Shown in pieces: positions 30,149 to 40,448 of a stretch of DNA of 64,000 nt. Origin of the DNA: Candidatus Sericytochromatia bacterium. GTDB lineage: Bacteria > Cyanobacteriota > Sericytochromatia > UBA7694 > JACMQJ01. Within the stretch, counting starts at the first letter, position 1; each line of letters starts with the position of its first letter. Both the position numbers and the translations under genes were made by a program. The notes beneath the pieces are model-generated. The model made no database searches, was not told where the DNA came from, and saw only the letters and a list, made by a program, of their open reading frames with translations. The DNA is taken from the NCBI GenBank assembly GCA_046328015.1, contig JAXLXH010000001.1, forward strand, positions 3,173,135 to 3,237,134, in the 5' to 3' direction.

Positions 30149-31270
30149 ATGAAAAAAATTATTTTTTTGTTTTTATCTTTAACAACAATATTTTCTTGTC
30201 AAAATTATTTGCAAAATACTACAGAAACAGATGGTGAAGTTAAAATAGTATTTGAATTTCCTACTTCTAAAGCTAATTTTAATATAAAAGCAGTTCCTCA
30301 AAATACTGGTTTTATAGAAGTAAAAATTTTTGGTGAAAGATTACCTTTAAAAGAAGCAAAAATAATAGAAATAAAAAAACCAGATATTCAAGGTGAGCCA
30401 AAACAAGCTAAAGCTGAAGCTAAAAAAATTCCTATAGGTGAAAAATATGTGGAAATAAGAGCTTATGAAAATGAAAAGAAAGAAAAAGTTTTGGCTTCAG
30501 CTAGAGAAAAAACCATTGTAAGACCTTCTCAAGTGGTTAGAGTTGTGGCTGAATTAAAAGAAGGTGATTTACCAGAACTAAAAGACGATAAGATTTTAGA
30601 TAAAAATGCTAAAGAGGCGATTAAAGATAATAAAAAGCTTCAACCTTGTCCTCCAGAAGATCCAAATCAAAAAGAAAAAACTAAAACAGTTGAATTAAAT
30701 AATAAACTAATTTCTACAACTATAACCACAACAATAGATAAAAAAGTAAATAATCCTACTCCTTGTGAACCTATAAAACCTAGTGCAATTGGTAGTTTAA
30801 AACCTCCTCAAAATAATCCTTTATCTTCTAATTGTCAGCAATTATTAAATCAAAATCCAAAACCCTCAGTAATACCAGTAGAGTGTAAACCAAATATTTT
30901 ACAACCTTCTAATCAACCTGTAGGATCGAATCTTCCTATAACTCCTAATCAAACTATTGCTTCAGTATTACCTTTATTATCTGCTGAATGTAAACAGTTA
31001 TTAACTCAAATTCCAAGACCTTCAGTAATACCAGTAGAATGTAGACCAAATATTTTACAAAGCCCTAGCCCTTCTCCAACAGTCAGTAGCTCTACTGCTG
31101 CTATTAATAGTTCTCCTTCTCCTGTAGTATCAAGCCCTATAATTTCAAGCACACCTAATCCATCTCCTACAGTTTCAAACACACCAAGACCAATATTAAC
31201 ACTTTTGGAATGTGCACAATTAAAAAATAGAATTCCACCTCCTCTTATATTACCTCAAGAATGTAGATAA
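30149..31270 (+). CDS. lipoprotein with tandem Cys-containing repeats
   Basis: Lipobox IFSC; repeats LLNQNPKPSVIPVECKPNILQ, LLTQIPRPSVIPVECRPNILQ, LKNRIPPPLILPQECR. Confidence 0.65.
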   Translation: MKKIIFLFLSLTTIFSCQNYLQNTTETDGEVKIVFEFPTSKANFNIKAVPQNTGFIEVKIFGERLPLKEAKIIEIKKPDIQGEPKQAKAEAKKIPIGEKYVEIRAYENEKKEKVLASAREKTIVRPSQVVRVVAELKEGDLPELKDDKILDKNAKEAIKDNKKLQPCPPEDPNQKEKTKTVELNNKLISTTITTTIDKKVNNPTPCEPIKPSAIGSLKPPQNNPLSSNCQQLLNQNPKPSVIPVECKPNILQPSNQPVGSNLPITPNQTIASVLPLLSAECKQLLTQIPRPSVIPVECRPNILQSPSPSPTVSSSTAAINSSPSPVVSSPIISSTPNPSPTVSNTPRPILTLLECAQLKNRIPPPLILPQECR

Positions 31271-31284
31271 AAAAGGTCATAAAA

Positions 31285-31887
31285 ATGAGTAGTGAAGAAA
31301 AGCTTTTTAAATTAGTTCAAGAAAGAATAAATAATCCTTCAGATAAAAAACTTATAGATGAAAAAATATGGGAGTTATTTGGAGAAGATTGGGCTATTAT
31401 GTTTACAGATTTATCAGGATTTTCTAGAAACTCTGCTAAATTTGGCATAATACATTTTTTACAAACTATTTATGAATCTAAAATAATTTGCGAACCTATT
31501 ATAGATAAAAATGATGGTTTTTTATTAAAAACAGAAGGTGATAGTATGTTAGTTATTTTTAGGAAACCAGAAAAAGCTTTAAAAGCCTCTATAGAAATGC
31601 AATTATCTTTAATAGAATATAATAAACATAAAATTGAAGAAGAAAAAGTTTTATTATGTGTTGGATTAGGCTTTGGTAGAATTTTAAAAATAGGCGATAA
31701 AGATGTTTTTGGAGAAGAAGTAAATTTTGCTAGCAAATTAGGTGAAGATACAGCTAAAGCTTATGATATATTAGTTACTAAAAATTTTAAAGATAATTGT
31801 AATACTATTTCTGAATATGAGCTAGAAGAAAAAGAAAAAATTTTTGAATTAAAAGATATTCATTATAAAGTTTTATTTAAAAATTGA
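31285..31887 (+). CDS. stand-alone class III nucleotidyl cyclase-domain protein
   Basis: MFTDLSGFS ... KTEGDSMLVIF; 200 aa with no sensor domain. Confidence 0.55.
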   Translation: MSSEEKLFKLVQERINNPSDKKLIDEKIWELFGEDWAIMFTDLSGFSRNSAKFGIIHFLQTIYESKIICEPIIDKNDGFLLKTEGDSMLVIFRKPEKALKASIEMQLSLIEYNKHKIEEEKVLLCVGLGFGRILKIGDKDVFGEEVNFASKLGEDTAKAYDILVTKNFKDNCNTISEYELEEKEKIFELKDIHYKVLFKN

Positions 31888-32799
31888 AATAATTTCTTCT
31901 TTTATAATATCAAAATCCTTTAAATTTTCTGCTGATTTCCAAGTAACAAAAGGATCATTTCTAAACCAAGTTAATTGTCTTTTAGCAAAGTTTCTAGTGT
32001 TTTTTCTCATATTTTCTTTTGCTTCTTCAAAAGAACAATTACCTAATAAAAACTCTTTTGGCTCACCATAATTTATTGTTTTTAATAAAGGTAAATCATT
32101 GCCATATTTATTCATAATATGTTTTATTTCATCTAAAAGCCCTTCTTCAAACATTTTATCTATTCTTGTATGAATACGTTCATAAAGTTTTTCTCTATCT
32201 ATATCCAAAGCAATATAAGTTATATCATAAAAAGGTTCTGTATCTTTTTTTTGTAAATCGCTAATTTTTTTTCCTGTAGCTTCAAATACTTCCAAAACTC
32301 TTATCATTCGAACCAAATCATTTTGATGTATTTTTTCCATAGCAATAGGGTCTATGGCTAAAGCTTTTTCATATAAAAATAAACTACCTTTTTCTTCTGC
32401 TAAAGCTTTCATTTTTTCTCTAAAATCTAATAAAGGTTCCAAAGCTGGCATAGAATAATTTTGTAACAAAGATTTTATATATAAACCAGTACCACCTACT
32501 AAAAGAGGAATTTTATTTTCTGAATAAATCTTTTCTATTATTTTTCTAACTTCAGATACATAATCTGCTACAGTATAAGTTTTTTCTGGAGTACATACAT
32601 CAATCATATAATGAGATATAAGTTTTTGTTCTTCTATAGTTGGTTTTGCTGTACCAATATTGAAATCTATGTAAATTTGTCTAGAATCTGCTGAAATTAT
32701 AGGGGTATTTAATTCTTGAGCAACTTGAAAACCTAAATAGCTTTTACCTATACCAGTAGGACCGGCTATTACAATAAGGGGAATTTTTTTATTTTTCAT
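31873..32799 (-). CDS. miaA: tRNA dimethylallyltransferase
   Basis: P-loop IVIAGPTGIGKS and ISADSRQIY block; 308 aa. Confidence 0.9.
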   Translation of the reverse strand: MKNKKIPLIVIAGPTGIGKSYLGFQVAQELNTPIISADSRQIYIDFNIGTAKPTIEEQKLISHYMIDVCTPEKTYTVADYVSEVRKIIEKIYSENKIPLLVGGTGLYIKSLLQNYSMPALEPLLDFREKMKALAEEKGSLFLYEKALAIDPIAMEKIHQNDLVRMIRVLEVFEATGKKISDLQKKDTEPFYDITYIALDIDREKLYERIHTRIDKMFEEGLLDEIKHIMNKYGNDLPLLKTINYGEPKEFLLGNCSFEEAKENMRKNTRNFAKRQLTWFRNDPFVTWKSAENLKDFDIIKEEIISIFK

Positions 32800-32808
32800 T
32801 TTTTTTAA

Positions 32809-32890
32809 TGGGCGTGAAGAGACTTGAACTCATAAGCCTTTCGGCGCTAGATCCTAATTCTAGTGCGTCTACCAGTTCCGCCACACGCCC
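32809..32890 (-). tRNA. tRNA-Leu (anticodon UAG), long variable arm, CCA not encoded
   Basis: Reverse complement GGGCGTGTGGCGGAACTGGTAGACGCACTAGAATTAGGATCTAGCGCCGAAAGGCTTATGAGTTCAAGTCTCTTCACGCCC folds as cloverleaf: 7-bp acceptor stem, anticodon loop ATTAGGA, T-loop TTCAAGT. Confidence 0.8.
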
Positions 32891-32946
32891 AACATATATA
32901 TATTAACAAAAGAAAACATAACTGAATAGTATCTCTTAATGTTTGT

Positions 32947-33264
32947 TCAAGAGTTATTTTCATTTATGCTAGGAAATTCATCTAAAGACTTATCCATAGA
33001 AGCAATCATTCCCTTAGGTAAATTAAGTTGATCTTCTATTTCTTGAAAGGAGTAAGAGTCTTTTATAGGAAGCCCTAATGCTTGTATAGAACTAATTTCG
33101 ATTTGTTCTATTTTTTTATAAAGAGCATCTAAAGAATCACACTGAAAAATATTCATTAAATCTTCTTCAGTATAATTTTCTTTTACTTCTACGCCTTCAG
33201 CCTTTAAATTAAGAGCTATTCCTTTAGCAATAAAATCTATATAATCTTGTGGTAATCTTGACAT
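32947..33264 (-). CDS. hypothetical protein
   Basis: 105-aa acidic ORF; 1 nt from upstream ORF in a different frame. Confidence 0.45.
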   Translation of the reverse strand: MSRLPQDYIDFIAKGIALNLKAEGVEVKENYTEEDLMNIFQCDSLDALYKKIEQIEISSIQALGLPIKDSYSFQEIEDQLNLPKGMIASMDKSLDEFPSINENNS

Positions 33265-33265
33265 A

Positions 33266-33466
33266 TTAAGCTTTCCAACACTCAGAAGCTTTCATTCCAG
33301 CACACTTTGAAACACAAGAAGAATCTTTTTTGTCTTCTTCTGATAATCTACTTAAATAGCAATAAACATTCCCACCTTGTTCTTCAGAAGGATTATCACT
33401 ATCAAAAAAAACTTCCTGAAATCCATTTTCACAACCAAATGTTACAGGTTTCATTATTTTAGGCAT
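33266..33466 (-). CDS. small Cys-rich hypothetical protein
   Basis: 66 aa with five Cys. Confidence 0.4.
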   Translation of the reverse strand: MPKIMKPVTFGCENGFQEVFFDSDNPSEEQGGNVYCYLSRLSEEDKKDSSCVSKCAGMKASECWKA

Positions 33467-33500
33467 AAAACTATCACCACCACCAAAACTATAAAACTAT

Positions 33501-34358
33501 TTATTTTTTATTGTAATTATAAAACCCTTTTCCTGTTTTTTTACCAAGATGTCCGGCATTTACAAGTTTTCTAAGAAGAGGACAAGCTCGATATTTTGAA
33601 TCTTTATATTCATTATACATTATATCAAGAATTGAAAGACATATATCAATACCTATTTCATCAGCTAGTGCTAATGGTCCTATAGGATGATTATACCCTA
33701 ATTTCATTCCTTTATCTATATCTTCTGGAGACCCTACTCCTTCAAATAAGCAAAAAGCGGCTTCATTCATCAAGACTAAGCCTAATCTAGTTGTAATAAA
33801 TCCAGGAAAATCTTGAGAAGCTGAAACTTCTTTTTCTAAAATTTTAGAAAATTCTTTTATATTATCAAAAGTCTCTTTTGAAGTGTCATAACCACTAATT
33901 AATTCAATTAGTTTCATTCTATGAACAGGAGAGAAAAAATGCATTCCTATAAACCTATCAGCTCTTTTAGTTGAGGAAGCAAGTTTTGTTATAGGTAAAG
34001 AAGATGTATTAGAAGCAAAAATAGTTTCATTTTTACAAATAGCATCCAATTTAGAAAAAAGCTCTTGCTTTAAACTAATATTTTCAGAAACTGCTTCTAT
34101 TACAAGATCTACATCTTTGGCAAAATCTAAACTAGTCACTGTTTTTATTCTTGATAAACAAGCATCTACTTCTTCTTGAGTAATAAGATTTTTCTCTAAA
34201 GATTTAGCATAAACAGATTTTATTCTATTTAAACCTTTTTCCAAAGCTTGCTCTGATATATCATATAAAAAAACTGGAACTTTAGCTGAAGTAATAACCG
34301 CATGGGCTATACCAGAGCCCATTAGCCCCGCACCAGCAACAAAAACAGAATTTATCAT
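33501..34358 (-). CDS. 3-hydroxyacyl-CoA (3-hydroxybutyryl-CoA) dehydrogenase
   Basis: Rossmann VFVAGAGLMGSGIAHAV; 285 aa. Confidence 0.85.
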   Translation of the reverse strand: MINSVFVAGAGLMGSGIAHAVITSAKVPVFLYDISEQALEKGLNRIKSVYAKSLEKNLITQEEVDACLSRIKTVTSLDFAKDVDLVIEAVSENISLKQELFSKLDAICKNETIFASNTSSLPITKLASSTKRADRFIGMHFFSPVHRMKLIELISGYDTSKETFDNIKEFSKILEKEVSASQDFPGFITTRLGLVLMNEAAFCLFEGVGSPEDIDKGMKLGYNHPIGPLALADEIGIDICLSILDIMYNEYKDSKYRACPLLRKLVNAGHLGKKTGKGFYNYNKK

Positions 34359-34377
34359 ATTAATAGTATCTTTCTAA

Positions 34378-34932
34378 TTAATAAGGAATAGTTCCAGATT
34401 TTATTGTATCAACAAAATCACCATCTTTAATTTTTCCATAATTAGAAAAATTAGCATAGATCCAAAATTTAGAATCTGTAAAAGGAATTCTTAGGGTTTC
34501 TAAAACTGGTTCTTCAACTAATTGAACATCAGAAAGTTTAAACTTTATTTCTTTTCCAATTTTTTCAGCTAAAGTTTTATTATCTAATAAAAATTGACCT
34601 TTAAAAAGAATTTTTATCGGAATAGGATTATCTAAGATAACAATAGCTGTTGAACCTTCTTCAAAATTTAAAGTTTCAACTTTAGCAGTTCCTTCTAAGG
34701 TTGCAGGGAAAACTTTTTTAAATAGCTCTGTAGCTTCGTTTATACCAGCTTTTTGCTCTTTCATTTTATGTTTTAGTTCATTCATTTTACCATTAAGGTT
34801 TGAATCTACTATGTTTTCTCTTGGAACAAATTTTTCTTTTAATTTATGGTTTGAGCCTAATCCTCCAGCTCCAAGTATTGACAAGCTTAATAAAGAAAAT
34901 GCAACAATACCAAGTTTTTTACCTAATTTCAT
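34378..34932 (-). CDS. secreted hypothetical protein
   Basis: Signal peptide MKLGKKLGIVAFSLLSLSILGAGG. Confidence 0.55.
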   Translation of the reverse strand: MKLGKKLGIVAFSLLSLSILGAGGLGSNHKLKEKFVPRENIVDSNLNGKMNELKHKMKEQKAGINEATELFKKVFPATLEGTAKVETLNFEEGSTAIVILDNPIPIKILFKGQFLLDNKTLAEKIGKEIKFKLSDVQLVEEPVLETLRIPFTDSKFWIYANFSNYGKIKDGDFVDTIKSGTIPY

Positions 34933-35048
34933 GGTTATATATAAAATACCTATTGAATAAATACTACATTAAAAACTCTTACTTAATAAAAACTCATTAA
35001 AATATAATAAGCTTATATATAGTAAGCACTACGTATTATATTATATGA

Positions 35049-36725
35049 TTAGGTTTTGGTCAATTCTAAAATATCCTTTCTTTTTTCCATCTCTTTAAGT
35101 GGCATCAAATCCCCTTTTTTAGAAGCTTCTGCTATTCCAATTTTATATATTTGTAAGGCTTCCTGATCATTATCAATAAATTCTAAAGATTTACCCAAAT
35201 ATAGATAGGCTGTAGAATAATCTCTTTTTATTTCAATTGATTTTTTTAGATAAGGAATAGCCTCTTTATAATTATTTAAATCAAAATAAGCTTTCCCCAT
35301 ACCATAATTAGCTATCAAATCATCTGGATCTTCTGTTTCTAAAACCTCTTTAAACATTTCCATTCTTTCATAAATAGCTTGTAATTGTTGTTTTTTTAGT
35401 TCTTCTTCAGCTTTTTTTTGTTTTGCTTCAGAAGCTGTTTTCTTAAATTTTAAAGTAGTCGCCATAGCCATTTGTTTTTCAGCTTCTTCTTTATCACCTT
35501 TTTTCATATAAAAAATAGATAAGTTTGTCCTAGCCATAGGTTCATCTGGAGCTATTTCAGTTAATTTATTCATGATATCTATAGCTTCATCATATTTTTC
35601 TAATCTAGATAAAATAACTCCTAAAGCTTCATAAGCATCTGGAAAATTAGGTTGTAATTCTATTGATTTTTTTAATAATTCTATTGCTTCTTCTTCTTTA
35701 TTTTCAGCAAAAATACTCAAAGCTTTTTCATAAAGGTTTTTAGATTTTTCTTCTTTAGATAACTTTTTATAAAAAGGTAATAAAGAAACTTTTACAACAT
35801 ATTCTTCAAATTTAATTATAGTATCTGGATTTCTAAAATCTTTATTTAGATAAGCTAAAGCAATATATTTATCTAATAAATAAGAGTAAGTAGAACTTTT
35901 TATTTTACCTATATTTTTTCCATCATCTAAAATAATATCAGAATTAAAATTAGGTGTCTTATTTTCAAAAATAAGACCTATTAAAGCTTTAGGTGCTGTA
36001 CCATAAGTTTTTATTCTTGCTACAACTTCTTGACCCAAATAACAACCTTTATTATAACTAACATGTGTTTTTTCTAATCCTGTTTCTGGAATAAGATTTT
36101 CTTCATTCATATCAATATCATACTTAGGAGTTCCTACTTCTATTCTTAAGACTTCTAATAAATCTTCTGAAAGTTCTATAAAATTGTTAGTTTTTAGATT
36201 TTCTTCTAAAGAAATAATTAATTCTTTATCTTTAGTTATTATAAAAAAACCATTGTCAAAAAATAAATCTTTTACAATTACTAAAGTATCTAAATTATTG
36301 TTATAAATAATATTGTTTTCTTCTTCTTTAAAATTTTCTAAATCAAAATTTTTTTTAATTATTTCAGTTGATTTTTCTCCTTGTATAGACAAAAAAGTAT
36401 AATTATCTGAAATATCTTCTTGTTCAAAATCTTCTGTAAAATGAAAATTTTCTAAATGTTCTAATAAGCTTTCTTTTTGATTATTTTCAACTAAAATAAT
36501 ATAGTTATCATTTAATTTATGCATAGAAAAAGTTGCTTTTAAATGAGCTTTTCTATCTAATAATGAATTATAAACTCCTGAATAATTTGAAATTTCAATA
36601 ACTTGATTGGAAGTCTGAGAATTGATATAAGTAGCGGCATCTGCTCCTGATATTTTTATAAGACTAAAATTATTTAGATAAAAATATCCACCTATTTCTC
36701 TTGCTTGTTTGTATTTTTCTTTCAT
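35049..36725 (-). CDS. YgfZ/GcvT-like folate-binding domain fused to C-terminal TPR repeats
   Basis: Signature KGCYLGQEVVARIKTYG; C-terminal ~230 aa TPR-like. Confidence 0.7.
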   Translation of the reverse strand: MKEKYKQAREIGGYFYLNNFSLIKISGADAATYINSQTSNQVIEISNYSGVYNSLLDRKAHLKATFSMHKLNDNYIILVENNQKESLLEHLENFHFTEDFEQEDISDNYTFLSIQGEKSTEIIKKNFDLENFKEEENNIIYNNNLDTLVIVKDLFFDNGFFIITKDKELIISLEENLKTNNFIELSEDLLEVLRIEVGTPKYDIDMNEENLIPETGLEKTHVSYNKGCYLGQEVVARIKTYGTAPKALIGLIFENKTPNFNSDIILDDGKNIGKIKSSTYSYLLDKYIALAYLNKDFRNPDTIIKFEEYVVKVSLLPFYKKLSKEEKSKNLYEKALSIFAENKEEEAIELLKKSIELQPNFPDAYEALGVILSRLEKYDEAIDIMNKLTEIAPDEPMARTNLSIFYMKKGDKEEAEKQMAMATTLKFKKTASEAKQKKAEEELKKQQLQAIYERMEMFKEVLETEDPDDLIANYGMGKAYFDLNNYKEAIPYLKKSIEIKRDYSTAYLYLGKSLEFIDNDQEALQIYKIGIAEASKKGDLMPLKEMEKRKDILELTKT

Positions 36726-36893
36726 AAGTATCTAATTTTTTTGAAATAAATTTATAAAATGCATAAAGTATTATAGCTAAAAATCATAAATAGTGCTTTT
36801 TTATAGATTAATTTGTAAGTGTAAAATATTAGCTAAACATCTTTTTGTTTTTAATTCTCTAAAATTAGAAAATTCTTTGTGTTATTAATATAT

Positions 36894-37175
36894 TTAATCT
36901 TTAAAAATTTTAATTTCTGTTTTGGCAGCAAGTGTTTCTGGATGTTTTTTTACAAAATCAAAGGTTTCTTTAAAGAAATCCTTTACTTCATGTGCAGCAT
37001 GTTCAATAAAGCCTTCTATTTTTTCTGCTACTGGTTTAAGAACTTCTGGATTACCCGTACCTAATACTTCAGGATGTTTTTTTACATTTTCAACACCTTC
37101 TTTTATAGCATTTTTTACTTTATCTGGTAAAGCTCCTGCTATATAACCTGAAGGTGGATTTCCATTTAATTCCAT
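36894..37175 (-). CDS. small repeat-containing hypothetical protein
   Basis: AGAGG RBS 8 nt upstream; internal repeats KKHPEVLG / NPEVLKP / KKHPETL; track ORFs 36879-37064 and 36922-37146 (+) overlap it antisense. Confidence 0.5.
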   Translation of the reverse strand: MELNGNPPSGYIAGALPDKVKNAIKEGVENVKKHPEVLGTGNPEVLKPVAEKIEGFIEHAAHEVKDFFKETFDFVKKHPETLAAKTEIKIFKD

Positions 37176-37425
37176 AATAAACCTCTAAAAAAATACTTTA
37201 TCTATCTTTATAGTGCATATATTTTAATAAATGCTATTCTTAAAGAAAAATTAACTTATTTAATTATATTTATTTTTTATATAAATATCAGATTTTATCC
37301 AATAAGCACATCGTTCTTTTAAAATTTTATAAATAATACTACATAGAATTAATGTATTCTAAGACAATTAAAAAAAATTGCAAAAAATAAAAAAATAAAT
37401 TACCATTAATAAAATTAAATTTTTA

Positions 37426-38829
37426 ATGGTAAAAAATATGCTTTTAAAAAAGTATTTCTTTAGTTCTTTTATCGCTTTAATAATAATTAACTCTTTAATT
37501 CCAGTTCAAGCAAAAGAAAAAAATATTTTTTCTGAAGCTATTAATAATTTACAAAATTATTTAAAAATAAACACAACTAATCCTCCTGGAAATGAAATGA
37601 ATTCTGCTAAATTTTTAAAAAAATTATTAGATAAAGAAGGAATAGAAAATAAAATTTTTGATTTAGGAAATAATAGAGCTAATTTATATGCTATTTTAAA
37701 AGGTAATGGCTCTAAAAAACCAATTATTTTACTTCATCATATGGATGTAGTACCTGCTGATCCTAAATATTGGAAAATACCACCTTTTTCTGGAAAAATA
37801 ATAAATGGAGAGTTATATGGAAGAGGAGCAATTGATATAAAAGGTAAAGGAATAGTTGATTTAATGACTATGATAAATATAAAAAGGAATAAAACACCTT
37901 TAAAAAGAGACCTAATTTTTTTAGCTGTAGCGGATGAAGAAGTTTCTTCTATAGGTGCTAAATGGATGATAAAAAATAAACCAAACCTTATAAAAAATGC
38001 AGAGTATCTTTTTGATGAAGGAGATTCTGTTACAGAAGATAAAAATGGAAATATTATTTATACTAATGTAGGCATAGGTGAAAAATCTCCTTTATGGCTA
38101 ACACTAACTTTCAAAGGAGAACCTGGTCATGGATCTATTCCAAATGAAAATTCTTCTGTAAATAAAGCTTTAATAGCTGCTAATAGAATATTTGAATATT
38201 CAAAAAAAATACCTTTTCATATTATCCCTGGTATAGAGGAAAGTATAAAAGTAAGATATAAAGGTAATATTACTAAACTAAAAAGTTATAGTAATAACAT
38301 GAAAGAATCTATTAAAAATATAGAGTTTTTAGAAGAAATAGCAAAAGATCCTGATATTAACGCTTTGATAAGAAATACTATTTCTATTACAGGCTTAAAA
38401 GGTAGTGATAAAATAAATATTATTCCCAATGAAGCTCAAATTTCTCTAGATTGTAGATTATTACCTAATATAGAAAAAGAAACTTTTTTAGCTGAACTAA
38501 AAAAAGTAATTAATGATGACAGTGTAAAAATAAAAATAGAAGAGTATTATAGTGCTAAATATTCTTCCGCTAATACTGAATATATTGAGATACTAAAAAA
38601 ACTAATGAAAAAAAGAGCTCCAAATACACAAGTTTTTCCTACTATTTTTACTAGTTCAACTGATAGCTCTTTATTTAGAGCTTTAGGTATTAATGTTTAT
38701 GGCTTTGAAAGTTATAAAATAGATACAGAAATATCTTCTACAGCTCATGGTAATAATGAGAGAATAAAAATAAAAAATATAGAATTTGGAATAAATTTAT
38801 TAAACGATATTTTAAGAGAATTAAATTAA
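37426..38829 (+). CDS. secreted M20-family metallopeptidase
   Basis: Signal peptide; ILLHHMDVVPAD, GRGAIDIKG, LAVADEEVSS, GEPGHGS blocks. Confidence 0.8.
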   Translation: MVKNMLLKKYFFSSFIALIIINSLIPVQAKEKNIFSEAINNLQNYLKINTTNPPGNEMNSAKFLKKLLDKEGIENKIFDLGNNRANLYAILKGNGSKKPIILLHHMDVVPADPKYWKIPPFSGKIINGELYGRGAIDIKGKGIVDLMTMINIKRNKTPLKRDLIFLAVADEEVSSIGAKWMIKNKPNLIKNAEYLFDEGDSVTEDKNGNIIYTNVGIGEKSPLWLTLTFKGEPGHGSIPNENSSVNKALIAANRIFEYSKKIPFHIIPGIEESIKVRYKGNITKLKSYSNNMKESIKNIEFLEEIAKDPDINALIRNTISITGLKGSDKINIIPNEAQISLDCRLLPNIEKETFLAELKKVINDDSVKIKIEEYYSAKYSSANTEYIEILKKLMKKRAPNTQVFPTIFTSSTDSSLFRALGINVYGFESYKIDTEISSTAHGNNERIKIKNIEFGINLLNDILRELN

Positions 38830-38845
38830 AGCACTATAAGCTTAA

Positions 38846-40408
38846 TTATCTTCTTACGTATAAAGAATAATTATATTTTATTTCTCTAGTTTCGCTTGAT
38901 TTTAAATCAAGATTCCATTCTACTTTATTTGTTTTATTTTGAACTTTGTATTTATTTAAATTATAAAAATCCCATTTATAACTAGATTTTTCTAATTCAC
39001 CTTCTATAACTTTATTTATACTTAATTTTATATCTTTATTTTTACTATTTCTGATATAAATTTTTGATTCAATATTTATTAAATCATAATAAGTTCCATC
39101 TAACATTTTTATATTTTCTTTTCTAGAAGTTTCTTTTTCTGTTTCATTTACATAAATATCAGGTGATAAAGTTAATTTTACTTTAGCTGTAGCTCCCATA
39201 GGAGTATAATTTATTTTTTCTTGACTTATTGGATTTAAATTATTACTTTCATTTTTAGTAACCATCACAATTCCTGTAGTTAAGGGATATTTAGAAGTAT
39301 TTTTAAATTTTAGATAATGAGTTACAGTATTAATATTATTGTTAATACTATTATTATCTCCACCTTTTTTTTGATAATAATAATAATTTTTATCAGAATT
39401 ACTTTCTAATTCTGTTTCATAAATACTTTCATATTTAACTTCATTAGAAAAAAGTTCAGTCATCATTCTAGATGATTTTTTTAAGCTTATTTTTTTAGGT
39501 ATTTTATAAAAATAAAGATCTTCTTGGCTACCCAAATCACCTTCTATATTACTTGGTAAAGAATAGTCATTGTTATAAGATCCTGCTGATTGATAAGCTA
39601 TATTACTTAAACTTTGAACAGGAGCATTATAATTATTATATTTAGGTTTAAAATCAAATTGCCTTATAAAATCTCCAAATTCTTGATCAGAAGTTAGTGG
39701 AGAATTATAAGATTCATAAATAAAATTAGGATAACCTATAACTAAAGAAATATTAGCGTTTTCAAAGTCTTCTGCATTATTTACAATAATAGAATTTAAA
39801 GTTAGTTTAGCTTTTTCTTGATCTAATAACTCTAAATTATAAGAAGGTAACCATCCTAAGCCTCTTTGCATATAAAACATTTCTAAATTGTTCGCATCAC
39901 CTTCAAATTCTGCTTTAATAATTCTTTTATTTACTTTCTTTTTAAATTCAGTTTGGTATTTATCATCAAATTCTACAAATTTTATATTATTTAGTTCTAA
40001 TACCATATTTTTAGGTTCATTTTTTCCATCAAAAAAGTTTTTACAAAAAATTAAACTCCCTTGTATTTTTTCTATAACTACTTTAAATTTTTCATTTGTA
40101 TTTAAAGTTACTTTTAAATCTTTTCCAATATTTGCATCCAAAAGATCTTTTAAATTTTCAACTTTGACTTTTTCATCTAAATTTATACTTTCACTAGTTA
40201 AACTTTTTATTTTTTTATCCGATTGAAACCATAAAGCACCTAAAATTGCATTTGGAGGATCCGTAATAATAGCATTATTTTTATTCTCAATATTAACAGT
40301 TTTAGCATTAAAACTAAGGTTGTTTTTAAAAATAGCTATTTGTTGTTCTGCATAAGAAGGTAAAGATGTCAAAATAAAACAAAAAGATAAAAATAAGCTT
40401 TTATTCAT
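38846..40408 (-). CDS. large secreted Asn-rich hypothetical protein
   Basis: Signal peptide; 520 aa. Confidence 0.55.
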   Translation of the reverse strand: MNKSLFLSFCFILTSLPSYAEQQIAIFKNNLSFNAKTVNIENKNNAIITDPPNAILGALWFQSDKKIKSLTSESINLDEKVKVENLKDLLDANIGKDLKVTLNTNEKFKVVIEKIQGSLIFCKNFFDGKNEPKNMVLELNNIKFVEFDDKYQTEFKKKVNKRIIKAEFEGDANNLEMFYMQRGLGWLPSYNLELLDQEKAKLTLNSIIVNNAEDFENANISLVIGYPNFIYESYNSPLTSDQEFGDFIRQFDFKPKYNNYNAPVQSLSNIAYQSAGSYNNDYSLPSNIEGDLGSQEDLYFYKIPKKISLKKSSRMMTELFSNEVKYESIYETELESNSDKNYYYYQKKGGDNNSINNNINTVTHYLKFKNTSKYPLTTGIVMVTKNESNNLNPISQEKINYTPMGATAKVKLTLSPDIYVNETEKETSRKENIKMLDGTYYDLINIESKIYIRNSKNKDIKLSINKVIEGELEKSSYKWDFYNLNKYKVQNKTNKVEWNLDLKSSETREIKYNYSLYVRR

Positions 40409-40448
40409 TTATTAGCCTCAAAAGGTAAAATTAAAATATAAAATAAAA

